A stretch of DNA of 63,953 bases, the filler included, from Reticulomyxa filosa (lineage: Eukaryota; Protista; Foraminifera): assembly GCA_000512085.1 (NCBI GenBank). It is 12 parts of 12 records of this genome, joined end to end, with 100 filler letters (N's around TTAATTAATTAA, not from the genome) between each part and the next. Parts side by side here need not be neighbours in the genome. Positions count along the whole stretch, not along the records: positions 1 to 4,757 come from ASPP01003826.1; positions 4,858 to 9,961 come from ASPP01003565.1; positions 10,062 to 15,371 come from ASPP01022270.1; 9 more parts are not named here. One strand, written 5' to 3'. Numbering within the stretch: position 1 is the stretch's first letter; the number at the start of each line of letters is the position of its first letter. Made by a program: the position numbers and the translations under genes. Below the pieces are notes generated by a model that worked only from the letters and a program-made list of their open reading frames with translations, was not told where the DNA came from and searched no databases. Positions 1 through 12,409 of this stretch are shown here, one piece after another.

Positions 1-56
1 CCACCCGTCTCCAAATTGAATCATCGAATCAAAAGATAAGCAAAAGTCAAAAATCG

Positions 57-91
<35 letters not shown>

Positions 92-962
92 GAAAAGGAT
101 TGACAGGTCGACACTTAACCCATTGCCTTCATTCGAGATGCCCGTGAACACACATCCGTATCTCCTCCAGGGACATAAGGGTTCCCATCTGTAATCAAAA
201 TATTCACCCAACTTGCATAGGGATTGCCCTGTGCGGAAAACATGGCCATCACTTGCTCCAATGCCGCAACTTAAAATTTTGATTTTTTTTTTTTTTTTAA
301 AAAAAAAAAGCCAAAAGGGAATTTTTATTGTAGAGCATCTATCAAATGCAAAAAAAAAAATTTGAATACCAGTGTTCGTGTTTCCTCCAGTGTAGTAAAT
401 GTTCGCAGCAAATTTTTCAAGCTGGGCTTGTGAATATGGTGCTGACTGAACAAAGTCTAACAAAATCTGCGATGTAGTGGCAAATCGAATGAATGCCACA
501 CTTGAATCGAGGGTCAAGCCTGAGTCAATGATTTGTACAATCCATTGCAATGCCACTTGGAATGAGCTCGCTCCTATGGAACCGCTGGCATCAATTGTGA
601 ATACCACATCCATTGTTACATTTGAGGCACATGCTGTCCATTCATTTTTTTGGTTTTTTTTTTTGACGACTTCATTACTTTGTTTTCTTTTTTTTTTTAG
701 ATTTGCATCCTTTAGTCTCCATCAACAACTTAACTACATCGTGAATCCCAATAGCATCCACTCACAGCGTCACATGTGGTTTGTGTGGTAAAGGTATTGC
801 AGTCTATGTTTTCCCCCCCCCCCCCCCCCCGTTTGTGTGTTTTGCTTGCTTAGTCAGCCCGCTTTTGAACAACAACAGAAATTTATACATACTTGCAGCG
901 TCTACAAACCGTAACCATGTCAAAATTGCCAAGCCCACTGCCAACAATAATTTTAGTTGCAT
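1..962 (-). CDS. Secreted von Willebrand factor A (vWA) domain protein, multi-exon, 3' end not resolved (runs toward window start)
   Basis: ATG at 962 with signal peptide MQLKLLLAVGLAILTWLRFVDA. Phase-consistent GT-AG introns 804-892, 634-737 and 270-369. Small Cys-rich exon (NCNTFTTQTTCDAVSGCYW), MIDAS motif DVVFTIDASGSIG, GGNTNT and ILITDG. Confidence 0.88.
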
Positions 963-1341
963 GTTTCACTGAGTAGGACCACAGAAAACACTAGAGCCGG
1001 ATTTTTTACGCAAAAAAACTTGAGTGTTGGTCACTGCTGTCTGAAAACTTGGTTTGCATGTTACAAAGAAAATATATTCGTGCTGTTGATAAATCTTTTT
1101 TTTTTTTAAAATGCATTGTTTAGACTACACTCTTTCATTTTGCTCATCAAATATTGAAAACATCCAAACTAGAACGCGTAAATGAGTACAATAAACAGAC
1201 AGTGTAAGAAACGCCTGTTTTGCAACGAGACAGATACATTTGCAAAAGAAGAAGAAGAAAGAGAAAGGAGAGAAGAAGGAGAAGAAGTGATGGAAAAAAC
1301 AAAAGCGAAAATGCTAAAAGCTTGGGAGTGAGGAAGGATGA

Positions 1342-1616
1342 TTAAATTTCGTCATCGTTTGCTATAGTTTGACAAAACCCACATGTTTTAGCACAAATGT
1401 CTTTCTTGGACTCACAATCATTTCTGCTTCGAATTTGCTCACATAGAAAAGATGACGCTCTATCAGTGCATTGAAAATCGTCACTATCTTCGCCCTTTTC
1501 CTCACCACTATCTCCTATATACATATATATAAAAGGGGGGGGGGGAGGACTTTAAAAAAGTGCACTATTAAAAAAAAATTGAACAATGTTTTAAGGAAAA
1601 AAAAAATACAAATATA

Positions 1617-1651
<35 letters not shown>

Positions 1652-1991
1652 TAATAACAATAAACTTTGAGAACCAAATTTGGGTCTCTCGGGTCTTTCT
1701 CGTAGCTTTTGGAGATATGTATCATAATCAACATTTTTGCCCTGAGCAGGTGGAGGACGTTGATCGAGGTTGGGTTGAGGTATGTCTCTGTTGAAGCGAT
1801 CTTGATCAGAGCGATAGTGTATGGGATCAGATTTGTGATACATGGGTTGTTGTTGTTGTTGTTGTCTATTTGCAGCAAACTTGATATCTTCGTTATTTCG
1901 CAATCGGTCATCACCTCTGATTATGCTATTGCTATCAAAATTGACAAAGTCTTGTTTTGGTCTCACAAAGCGGGGAGCATATCCCTCTCGA

Positions 1992-2032
<41 letters not shown>

Positions 2033-2782
2033 ATCTTGATCTCGATCTTCTCGATATCGATATCTGTCTCGATCTCGATCTTGATCAATGTCTCGATATC
2101 GATACCTATCTTGATCTCCACTGTTTCGAAGCCTATTCATATCCGATCCCATAACTCTATCTCTGTCTTGATATCGATCTCTATCTCTATCTCGATCTCG
2201 ATCTCGATCTCGGCTACCAAGACGTTGGTCCGGTCTCCTGTTTTGAAGAGGATCCTTTCTTGCATTAGTGTCTTTCATCCTTTCTTGATCCCATTTTTCG
2301 AGGTCCATATCAATCTCCGGATGCATTTTATCTGTCACTATTTTCTCATTTTCATTGCTTTTTGGAAACTCGATCAACTCATACTCATTCGCTCTTTTTT
2401 CTAATTGCTTTGCCGCCACTTCGTTGTTCTGATTGCTATTTGCTGCTTCGTTGTCTTCATACGTGCCCATTGCTTTGTCGCTGTGATGACTTGATGTCAC
2501 CTTCTCATTTTGTGCATATTTCACTGCCGTTGTCGCACTCTCGCCTCTTACTGACAGGTACAACAATATCATCAACATTATCGCCAGTGATCCACACACC
2601 GAATACAGATACCATTCCTTCTTTTTCCTTTCGTCGATGCTGCCCATCCGTTGTTGGCACGGCTTGCCAATGCGCCGGCTCTTCGGCGAATGCTTTTTTT
2701 GTTTTGTTTTGTTTTGTTTTGTTTTGTTTTGTTTTTGGTTGCCCTTCGCACAAAGACTGCTCATTTCAACAATTTGTCCCAA
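1342..2782 (-). CDS. Single-pass membrane protein with Arg-Asp low-complexity tract and C-terminal ShKT domain (start codon uncertain)
   Basis: TM segment WYLYSVCGSLAIMLMILLYLSV after basic RKKKE; long (RD)n tracts. Intron 1515-1665 joins in frame to CTDRASSFLCEQIRSRNDCESKKDICAKTCGFC, a six-Cys ShKT pattern. Confidence 0.8.
1985..2215. repeat. Hexanucleotide-period microsatellite (TCTCGG/TCTCGA)n encoding RD repeats
   Basis: Direct tandem TCTCGG/TCTCGA units visible in the sequence. Confidence 0.9.
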
Positions 2783-3649
2783 TCACTTTGAGAGAAAGAA
2801 CATAAATCATTTTTTAACCTTGTTTGAAGCATATTTGGATTCAAATTGATCTCCAGATCAATCAAATTAGACATGATTGATTTTCGTTCGTAATTCCCGT
2901 GGGAGTGTCTAAAAAAAAAAACTTACAACTGTCCAATTTTTATTGTAGAAGTTTACAAGAAATTTTTACCATCAGTTCTGCTATTACAAAATTACTTTGG
3001 AAAACCAAGATAACATAAAATATAGGCCAAGGCCATGCTAGTTAGGGGAACTCTGAAACTCCTTTTGTCTCACACTAATTTCATACTTTCTTCGTCTCTT
3101 CTTGTCTTGTTGCTTGTTGTTATTTATATTCTCCTTTGACTATCTTGTTTTTTATTGAAAAATCACACAGAGCAATATTTTTCGTATTACGCCTTGTGAC
3201 AATCAGCACCCCACAAAAGGTATTTCGTTTTCTTGTAAAGAGGCAGTTTGAAAAGGGCTCCTTTTAAATGTTGCAAAAAAGATTTGATATCTAATCTTAT
3301 TAACGGATCAAAGATATTAATCGTCTATAAAAAAAAGTAGAAAAAGCTCAGAACAACTTAATCGAACAACGTTTTTCAAAACTGTAAAGATAATTGTCAA
3401 GCAGTTGAAGAATTTTTGACTGGTTGGAAGTATATCTTAATGCAATTAAAAGTAAATTAATTTTTGTAGTTATAAAAACGTACTGTCGAATGTCATAATT
3501 TCATTCAATATTAACAATATTTGAAATTTATTGTATTAAGAAACGCTTTTATTTTTAACACTAAAGTTAGTCAGAAACATTTTTAAATAATAATTTATCA
3601 GTTGCATATCGATTGTAAAGAAAATAACAATATAACTAAAGATGAATTC

Positions 3650-3925
3650 TTTTAAGTGGATAATCACAAATATTGAATGTGAAATAAAAGAAATAAGATA
3701 TGCTACAAATTAATTACATTCCCATTACAGAAAAAAGAACAGCCATGTTAAGTGATTGCAAGCTTGTGGTTAATCCTATATAAAGATCAGCCAAAAACAT
3801 ATCATATCAAATTAAAGAACAATATTATACATTATATAACACTGGAGAAGACGACTGTCTGAGATATTGGATCAAAGACCATACGAGCATTCTAGGAGAT
3901 GAAAGGTCAGATAGTTGCAGTACTA
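3650..3925 (+). mobile_element. Degenerate RNase H fragment, probably from a non-LTR retrotransposon
   Basis: Motifs in correct order but with stops/shifts: TNIECEIKEI, MLSDCKLVVN (~3745), YWIKDHTSILGDERSD (~3865-3912; compare RNase H WVKGHxGxxGNExAD). Confidence 0.7.
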
Positions 3926-4373
3926 TCATTACCTGATTGGATGTACAATCGACAGCAAAAAAAAGACTTCACTAATGTAGGGCAAGGCCCTAACAGTATA
4001 AAGGGAAGTCCTGCGTAATTCAGGAACACCCTTTCTTTTTTTTTTTTTTGCGACCGATTGTACATATGATATGATTATAGAGAACTTGTGAAATTCGTCG
4101 TTTCAAAAAAAATCTCAATAGAGTACACATCAATTCAATTTATTAGAACAATATCTTTTCAATGGCTTACAGTAAAAAATACTTGATATGAAAGCATTGT
4201 TCTTTTCTTTTCTTGACCCTTAAGTGATATCATTCTTTTGGATTAGGACATCAACTTGCTGTTTTAAAGTGGTTTGGGGACACTTACTGCAAACTAAAAA
4301 AACTCGTCACACTAAAAGTTTGGAAAAAGAGTTTTTCGTTCTAAAATTTCTTGGTACTTTTTTCTGGTGAATC

Positions 4374-4757
4374 ATGGAAGCAGTTTTGAAGGATATTCGT
4401 AGTGCAATTGTTGACACAATATCAAGGAAATGTAAACTAGACTTTCCAGCAGAGCTCGCCTTGGTTATAGAATCATTTGCGAATCAATGGATAAAGTTTG
4501 AAGATTACGAGCCAGGGAAGTGTGTTGAAACACAAGATATCGGACAAATTCCTCTCAACTTCACATTAGTGGGATGGATCCGACCTAACAAAGATTGTCC
4601 GAAGAAAGTGCAGATGATTGCCACAAAGGATGAATGTTGCGTAGGAACAAATCAGTTCCGGTTCCAAATACATGCAGACAAGCATGTTGCTTTTTTTGCT
4701 AGCGGTGGACCACATGGATATGATGGATCGAAAGATTTGTTAGTTTTTTTTTTTTTT
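4374..4757 (+). CDS. Concanavalin A-like/LamG domain protein with N-terminal F-box-like motif, 3' partial
   Basis: NFTLVGWIRP...MIATKD...QFRFQI...VAFF fits LamG-like beta-sandwich strands; FPAELALVIESF precedes it; probable donor GTTAGT just before the contig end. Confidence 0.65.
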
Positions 4758-4857
4758 NNNNNNNNNNNNNNNNNNNNNNNNNNNNNNNNNNNNNNNNNNN
4801 NTTAATTAATTAANNNNNNNNNNNNNNNNNNNNNNNNNNNNNNNNNNNNNNNNNNNN
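4758..4857. other. Artificial contig-joining spacer. Identical spacers at 9962-10061, 15372-15471, 16571-16670, 43414-43513, 47305-47404, 53375-53474, 54794-54893, 57607-57706, 59375-59474, 62698-62797
   Basis: Identical N44-TTAATTAATTAA-N44 six-frame-stop linker occurs 11 times; genes are cut at these points. Confidence 0.98.
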
Positions 4858-5470
4858 ATTATTATTATTATCACCATTTTCTTTTGTTTCAATTTCATTA
4901 TTTTCATTTGATGTTGTATCTTCATTTGTTTTTATTCCGGTTGGTTGCACTTTATCAATTAATTGAATACAAAAAGGGTCCAACCATTCACTATTTCCGT
5001 AATCCGTATATGTCACATGAAGTTCATTATCTGTGAGTTGATTAATCTTTGCAACATACCATTGTTCTATTTTATTTATTTATTTATTTGTATTATATTA
5101 CTTTTTTTTTTTTTTTAAATTGTATTATTTAACCGTCTTCTGAATATTTTCCCAATACAACATCTCCTACTTTCACACTCTTTAAAATATTCTTTTTTGC
5201 TATATCTGGATCAATTGCCCATTTATTCTTTACGAGTTCTTGAAATATTGCTTGACATAAATCATATGCTTCTGTATCCTCTTTACATATTTGGTATGTA
5301 AATAACGATTCTTGTAATATTTTATAAACATCTGCGATTTCTCGAACTTGTCCTTCAGCTAACGTATCCTGTAACATTGTCGCCAGATACGCTAGGATAC
5401 TTAGATCCACATCTTTTATGTTGCTTTCAATTATTTCTTGGACATCTTGTCTTTTTGTTTTGTCTGTCAT
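4858..5470 (-). CDS. Protein with ABCF3/GCN20-like N-terminal helical domain followed by a Tudor domain, 3' partial
   Basis: EIIESNIKDVDLSILAYLATML...LCQAIFQEL resembles the ABCF3 N-terminus. Intron 5067-5133 restores VGDVVLGKYSEDEQWYVAKI...VTYTDYGNSE, an SMN-type Tudor with aromatic cage. Confidence 0.75.
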
Positions 5471-5686
5471 TGCGCTTGCGTTTTATTTTTTGTCAAAAGT
5501 CAAAAAAGGGTTTTCACAAATTAGGGAAACACCGTACATTATTACTCACATATACTAAGGTATTCATTAGATATAGCACTTGTCCTTTTAATAAAGAAAA
5601 TAAATTAATTTTTAAATCTTAAAACATCATTTTTTGATAATCCTTGAATAAAATATAACAAAAAGAGCTCACTTTGTTCAATGAAA

Positions 5687-7950
5687 TTAATGATTAGAAA
5701 ATAAAAAGTGTTGTAATATAGGAATTACTTTCAATCCACGAATATCTGCAAAAAGAACATAAATCTGCTGTTCATTTGTGGCTTTCAAAATATCTTTTTG
5801 ACGAAAACCAAAGATTGCTGCACTCAAAATTGATAAAAGTTCCAATGAATCATAACTTAAAATTCTATCCCATAAATACAAAGTTTCGTTAATTTGCAAA
5901 TAGCCACTAAATGCAACGAATATCCATGGGAACACGATAGATAAGGGATGCACTCCAATTTCGACACAATGATAAAAGGCTTTAGGATAACAATATTGTG
6001 CAAGAGTTTCAAAAGATTTGCTCAAGTAGATAATGGAATCTTTTTCGCTGCTAATACAACTTAGGCGACAAAAATAACGACAATATAATTCACGAAAAAA
6101 GAAATACGCATCTTTGCACTGAGGGAATAAATAACAAAGAGGTGTTGCCAGAAGTATCTGTAAAAAATAAACGAGGAAAAGACAAACTCCAATCTTTTTT
6201 ATCAAATTTAGAGTCATTTTTTTCTGAATTGTCAAAGGTCAATTTCAACAATCAAGCAAAGAAAAAGCAATCCATTAAATAACTTGTTGATGAAAAGGTA
6301 TAACATGACATGGAGGGACAAACTTTGGGGACATAATTTTTTCTCTTATCACGCTTAGCCACTGCTCAATAGAATCAGCGGCATTATCATTGTTATTATT
6401 GTGCAAACATATATTTTCGTCAGCTGCAAGAAAAATTTTTTTGAAAGTACAAGGAGACTCTGGATCTACTGTGTTGAGAAAAGGACTGTCATTTGAACAA
6501 TACCATGTATTGTCAAAAGGGTCAAAGTGGATGAGTCTTTTTGCTCACTCGGAAGAAAGGTGCTCGGCAATGGAGTATTGCTGACAGGAATGGAGGTTTT
6601 GAAGGGAACAAGAGGGTCTCTAGAAAAAGTCAAAATTAAATCATTTAAAAAATCTTCAAATGGGAAATAATCATAATGATCCAAAGCATGTTCGACATCC
6701 AAACGATACAGTCGATCCGTAATTATGTCCCACTCATCCACACTATCTATTAAATATCCAACGTAACAATCCATCCACTCCTTATTTACAGAAGGGACAC
6801 CTAGCAATTCGCACCATATTTGACGACGTAATCCATTAGGGATTCCATACTTGCTGTATTCTCGTAATTGTACAATATATGGAGCTTCCAAATATTTTTT
6901 TCCTTGTTGGAGCTGCTCTTTTTTTTTGAAAAGTTTTTTTTTAAAAAATTAAACAAACGTATAAAAATTTTTAAAAAATAAAAGTTTTTTTTGCAAAAGA
7001 TAGAGCCACCTTCATTAAAGTGAAGTTCATTGTCAGCTCCCAAATGTTTATTTCTTGGATGTAATTCTTTAAATCTTCTTCTCAGCTCTTGCAAGTTAGA
7101 GGTTCTCAAATCGAGTTTAATTAAACCCCAACCAGTAGCAGCAGTCCCTGTGTTTGAACTTGCAATGTTTGCCAATGCGTCCAGTACATCTTCACTTGTG
7201 TATACGTATCTTAGATATTGTATTGGCTTTGCGTTTTTTGTGGACATCTCTTTTATAGATTCATCACAATTATTTTCATTACATTGAGAACCATCATTAC
7301 TTTCATCATTTTCCGTTTCGTCACCCTCCAAATCTGTTTTGGTGGTACTGTCTTTCACTATCAATGGTCGATTTTCTTGTTGGCACAATGTGCACAATTG
7401 ATCACGCAATCGTGTGTCCCATTCCTTTTTGGCTGCGTTAATACTTTCAAATACACTTATTTGTTTGTTTTTAGCGGTAATGTCTACTGATGGATCTCCT
7501 CCAACTTGAAAGCAGCCATTGTTGATTTGACGGACTCTATATTTTGTTATTGCTTGTTTGAAAATGGAAATGCAAAGTATTTGAAATGTTTTTTTAACTT
7601 TTCGTTTTTTAAAAAGTATTGGCATATTTGATTTTTAAACGTTGACAATTTGTTGTTGGAAATCAGCCAATCTAAAATTCGTTTTTGTAAAAGTTCCTCG
7701 CTTTCGTCATGGGAAACGTCTGTCGACAAAAACTCTTTCTGATTGTTTATTTTGAGAACAAATGTTTGACAAGGTTTATTTTGCTGCTACACAACGCAGT
7801 GCCTGCCTGAATTTGTTCTAAAGTGACCCAATATTCATCTTTATTTTCTAGGAATTGAATACATTTTTGGCGCTGACAGGCAGTCTGCTCGTTTTTTGTT
7901 GAGTCAACACATGTGTCCACAGATAAAGAGTCGAAATAGCAGAAACCATA
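5687..7950 (-). CDS. TBC1D19: TBC1D19-like Rab-GAP TBC domain protein, multi-exon (5' end approximate)
   Basis: GIPNGLRRQIW, DYFPFEDFL, PPCHVIPFH, PLCYLF, AFSGYL...LWDRILSYDSLELL, LKVIPILQHFLF closely follow TBC1D19. Introns 6158-6283, 6424-6548 and 6918-7009 are phase-consistent. Confidence 0.88.
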
Positions 7951-8310
7951 CTATTTCTGGAAGCATTCTTTTTTTCTCCCAGAGTGATACACATAATGGG
8001 AGTGAGGCAAATTTTAAATCATAATATTTCGTCAAAGCTTGTAATGACAGTGTGTCACTACTTATTACAAAAGGCTTAGTGATATATTTTGAGCGCTTTT
8101 TAAAGTTATATTGATTTTGAAAAGCAATGAAAACCAATATAAACGCACATAATTATTATTACTTTGTTTTTGCCTGAACAACAAAGACACAACAAAGGGG
8201 CGACACTAAGAAAACTTGGAGAAAATAAAAATTTGTTTGCATGTACGGCCCAGCATGTGCACTCTCGTGCTAAATTCCCAGAAACTCAATTTTTTCCCAA
8301 TATAGTGTCA

Positions 8311-9821
8311 ATGTTACCTTCCAAGCATTTTTTGTCGAGTCATGGCAGTACTTCCAACTCAGTCACTACCAACACGAGTACAAGTACAAGCAACAGCAGA
8401 ATGCTGCACTCACTACGAAACATAACAAATAAAAAAAAGCTGTCGTGGTTAACAGAGTATGTGGTATTAGTGAGACACTTTCCAAAGTCTCGTTGGTACG
8501 ACCAGCACAAGAAAAAGATCCATTACACATCATGCGCAGTGTTTCTAATAACACTGATTATGATCTATTTCAACGTGATGCTATATCACGGTACATTTCT
8601 GCCGCCATTTGTACAGCTGCGCACAAGTGCCTTTGACGCAGTGATTCCACCTGTACCACTGTCCTTCAAGCCCGACTTTCGAGTTGCCATTTCATTGACA
8701 ACAATGCCACATCACGTCGGTTTGTTTGTTTTTTTTTAAAAAAAACGGGTTGTTTCGTTTTTTTTAACCCCCCTTTTTTTTAAAAAAAAAAAACCTCGGA
8801 TAATTTAACAAAAAAAAAAAAAAAAAATTACAATGATTTAAAGAAAAATTGCACGAAACATTGGATTCATTAATGAGCCAATCGCTTTTGCCGGATGTGA
8901 TATATGTAGTGATACCACAAGGCGCTGCTCGTACGGGCCAGGTGCATTATGTGCCGACGTATTTGGCGGACAACGAGACCGGTAAGAATTCGTATTCGAA
9001 GCATGTCCGAGTGTTACGTCCGACAAGGGACTATGGACCTTTGTCCAAATTGTATCCCGCGATCGCTGAGGAAAAAGATCCAACCACGCTGATCATCTCG
9101 TTAGACGATGACAAGATTTATCCCAGTGATTTAGTCAAAACTATTGCTTGGTATAGCCATCGTCGTGATGATGTCGCATGGGGGGACTGCGGCTGGGGCT
9201 TTCAACGAATACCACATTCCAGAGAGGTTATCCCCATTTACGTTCCGTTCATCTTTCGCGGGGACGGTAAGTATATTCTTGGAACATGTCTGGAACATAC
9301 TGAATGTTTATTCACCCCCTCCCTTTTTTTTTTTTTTATAGGGAGACAATAAGGAAGTTTTTTAAAATTGTAATACCTTCAAAAAAAAAAAAAAAAAAGG
9401 AGGACGTGAAGTGGAAGTGTTACAAGCAGTATGTGGGAATGGCTATCGTCGAAAATTTTTTAAACGGCTGGATATACTTGCAAACCCCCCGCAAGAATGT
9501 TATACCACAGACGATTTATGGATTAGTGGATATTTACAGTTTGCTGACAAGGAGAAAATCCCTCGGGTGTTAATGAAAGAAAGATTGGAGCCAATCAGCA
9601 CCGATTGGAAAAAACGTGCAGAACAAACGCAATGGACTCTGTCCCATTACAACACTGAAAACATGCAAGACATCAAGTGTATCAATGCTATTGAAAAAAG
9701 TCTTTCAGAGAATATGGCTTCAATAATTGTGTCATATTTGTTTGTTACTTTCTATAAGAATAATTCAATTTTGCCTTTCATTTTAACTTTTTTTGAACGA
9801 ATTCAAATAATTTTAATATAA
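8311..9821 (+). CDS. Type II membrane GT-A fold glycosyltransferase
   Basis: N-terminal TM; VAISLTTMP, DSLMSQSLLPD, DYGPLSKLYP, IISLDDDKIYP (DxD), TDDLWISGYL. Introns 8720-8843 and 9267-9399/9402. Confidence 0.85.
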
Positions 9822-10163
9822 CACGATCGGAATTATCTTACAAAAAAAGGTCTTTACCGAGTTTCTTTGCTGTTAAAGAGACAAATTAAAAATTTATATC
9901 AAGAATAAATTCACTCAACAACAACATACAATACAAATGTTAACATTGAATTCTTTTTTGCNNNNNNNNNNNNNNNNNNNNNNNNNNNNNNNNNNNNNNN
10001 NNNNNTTAATTAATTAANNNNNNNNNNNNNNNNNNNNNNNNNNNNNNNNNNNNNNNNNNNNCCTCCCCCCCCCTTCTCTTTTTCGTCGGCTCAATGAAAA
10101 CAGAAAAGTAATTTTTTGGAAAGAGAAACATTAAAAGAAATATTAATTCTGGTAAAGCTCAAG

Positions 10164-12045
10164 CTAAACTAAAGATATCTTTTCGTTCTGTTCATTTTTC
10201 CATTTTGCTTGATAGATTTCAATTTCTGTCTGGGAACGGCCTTTTTCAATGATCCAAAAGGTTGTCCTTTTGAATTTGAAAGTGTCTTTTTCGTCGTTTT
10301 TATCCACGCTCAAAATAAACAAAGGAATATCATTCTTGGCAAAGTCGCTAATAGGCTTATTTTTTTCACACTGAGTAAATAGAACAGAGTCTTTATCAGA
10401 GGGTATTTGCACTGTGTGCATAGTTGTATGTTTGTAGCTGTCTGTTGAAATGCCTGCTTGTTTCATTGCCTTTAAAACCAAAATCGCGATGGAGGGAGTG
10501 ATAAGATACGTGTTTCACAAGTACTTTGTTTTGAGAGGGCGTGATGAAAACGCAAATGTCCAACTCAATATAATCAATTGGCAAAGGCTCCGTATATCCC
10601 AACGCCAATCTGTAATTGCTGTGCGTAAACTTGCAAATGCTGCATTGTTGCTAAAAATTTATTTAAGAAAATTTCTCGCTCCATTTTTTTTTTTGGTTTG
10701 TTTTTCGTACATACTAATAGAAAAAGTATTTTCTTAACGCTATTTTGCCATATACAAAGGAAGTGTATTGGCACAGGACCATGACATGGGTGTTGGAGAA
10801 AATTAAGTGTTGAATTTGTTGATTAAAATCACACGATAGTTCTTGTAAATGATTTTGCCAGTCATAGGCATTGTAACTTCTTTGAATTATGCAAAGCAAA
10901 CGTTCCAAACAATCCCAGATTGGCTCTACATTTTCTGAGTCCCTATGTTGGCTCAATTGGTCAAGTAGCCGGTAAGATGTACAAGTGATGGGTACTGATT
11001 CATGTCAAAACAAAGACAAATCACATTTCTTTTTCCTAAAAAAGAAAAGAAAGGGTTAACACAAAACATCCGTGATGCTTTCGTTTTGCCAAGGCTGCAA
11101 AGATTTTCCACCAATTGTTTTCCTTTGGCAAATAATAAGGTACCTGGCACACTAGCGCTTCCACGAGCGTTTCGGAATGAAACAGACACTTTTTTTTGTT
11201 GTGTCTTGCACTTTCACGAAAGCAAATGCAAACATTGCACGTGTAAAAAAAAATCTAATGGATGTACCTGAATCGCACTCTTGGAACAACTGATCTTACT
11301 GGAGTTCATTGCAGGACGAGCGGCATCGTCAGGTAACGTACACATATTCATCCAGATTTGGAGTGCACAAGAAGTTGCTATACTAAATACCAAGTGTTGC
11401 ACACACAAAACTACTTTTGTTAATTTGCTTTCATTTGCCTTATTTTTTTCTCTCTGCTCTTTGTGAAACTGCTTGTTGGGGTAATTTGACGTCCAAACAA
11501 AAACATTCATTTGATGGACATTCTTCTTTACAAGATCGGCAAGTCGTATCTTTTTTTTTATGTCATGGTTGTACCTGTGGCTAGTACCGACTGCAAAATT
11601 TAAAAAGGAAATAAACAAATAACTCTATCGGATGCTAAGGGAAGAATTTTATCATCACACATAAATCGAACAGGAGTCATAGAGCCCACAATGGTTTGTA
11701 AGTATGGCTCCAAAACGCTCGTCAACTTAGCAACTGTGCCTGCTGAGTTAAACCGAAAGCTTGTAATTTGTTTTTGGTTAAATATTAATGAAATGTTTAT
11801 CATATTGGAAGGTATCACCTATTCGATCACAAGACATGCACAACCTTCAACTAACAACTAGCAGAGGAGTAGAGAGTCAGAACACGCCAACGCCTTGCAC
11901 ACCGTTGGCATGTACCCTGGTAGCTGTTCATTTGGAAGATTCGGAGTAAACATATTATGAACAAATATTAGGATAAATTGAGCAAAGATTGCTTGGGAAA
12001 GAGAGCCAAGCGACGTTAAAAAGTTGTAGGCGCTGCTTTCCCCTT
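10164..12045 (-). pseudogene. Decayed multi-exon coding remnant(s), family not identified
   Basis: Protein-like minus-strand segments broken by in-frame stops and frame changes that GT-AG introns do not explain (e.g. ...CSDSLLLC*LLVEGCACLVIE*). Confidence 0.45.
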
Positions 12046-12409
12046 TTATTATTAATTTAAAGTTTTTGAGGCTAACATAAATAAAATTAATAAAGTTTGC
12101 TTTGAATTGACACAAACAAAGACAAAAAAAAATGAAGATAATAAAATATGTTTTTTTAAAAATTTTTCTTTTCAATATTTTAAAAACCTAATCACAAAAT
12201 TGTACTTGCTAGGAGAGGATGTTTTTATTTATGTAAATGAGAACAGTTGATGGTGGGAGAGAACTAAAGAAAAAGCTACTCCGTTTTCCTTTTTTTTTTC
12301 CTCTAATCTTTGCAAATCGTCAAAAAAAAAAAAAAAAAAGATGTGTGAACTAAGATAATCAGGAAAGTAGGAAAGAAGGAAGGAGGAGAGACGGCTGTGG
12401 AAATGCAAA

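Noticed and set aside
1709-2404. Long plus-strand ORFs with (SI/SV)n, (RS)n and (LG)n repeats; similar cases at 12666-13282, 15108-15427 and 38855-39442
   Set aside because: Antisense or alternate frames of microsatellite-coded low-complexity regions.
4802-4813. Recurrent palindrome TTAATTAATTAA
   Set aside because: Synthetic six-frame-stop linker between N runs; adjacency across it has no biological meaning.
6424-6548. Apparent -1 frameshift at an A5 run in TBC1D19
   Set aside because: A 125-nt GTGAGC...TTTTCTTGCAG intron on the minus strand resolves it.
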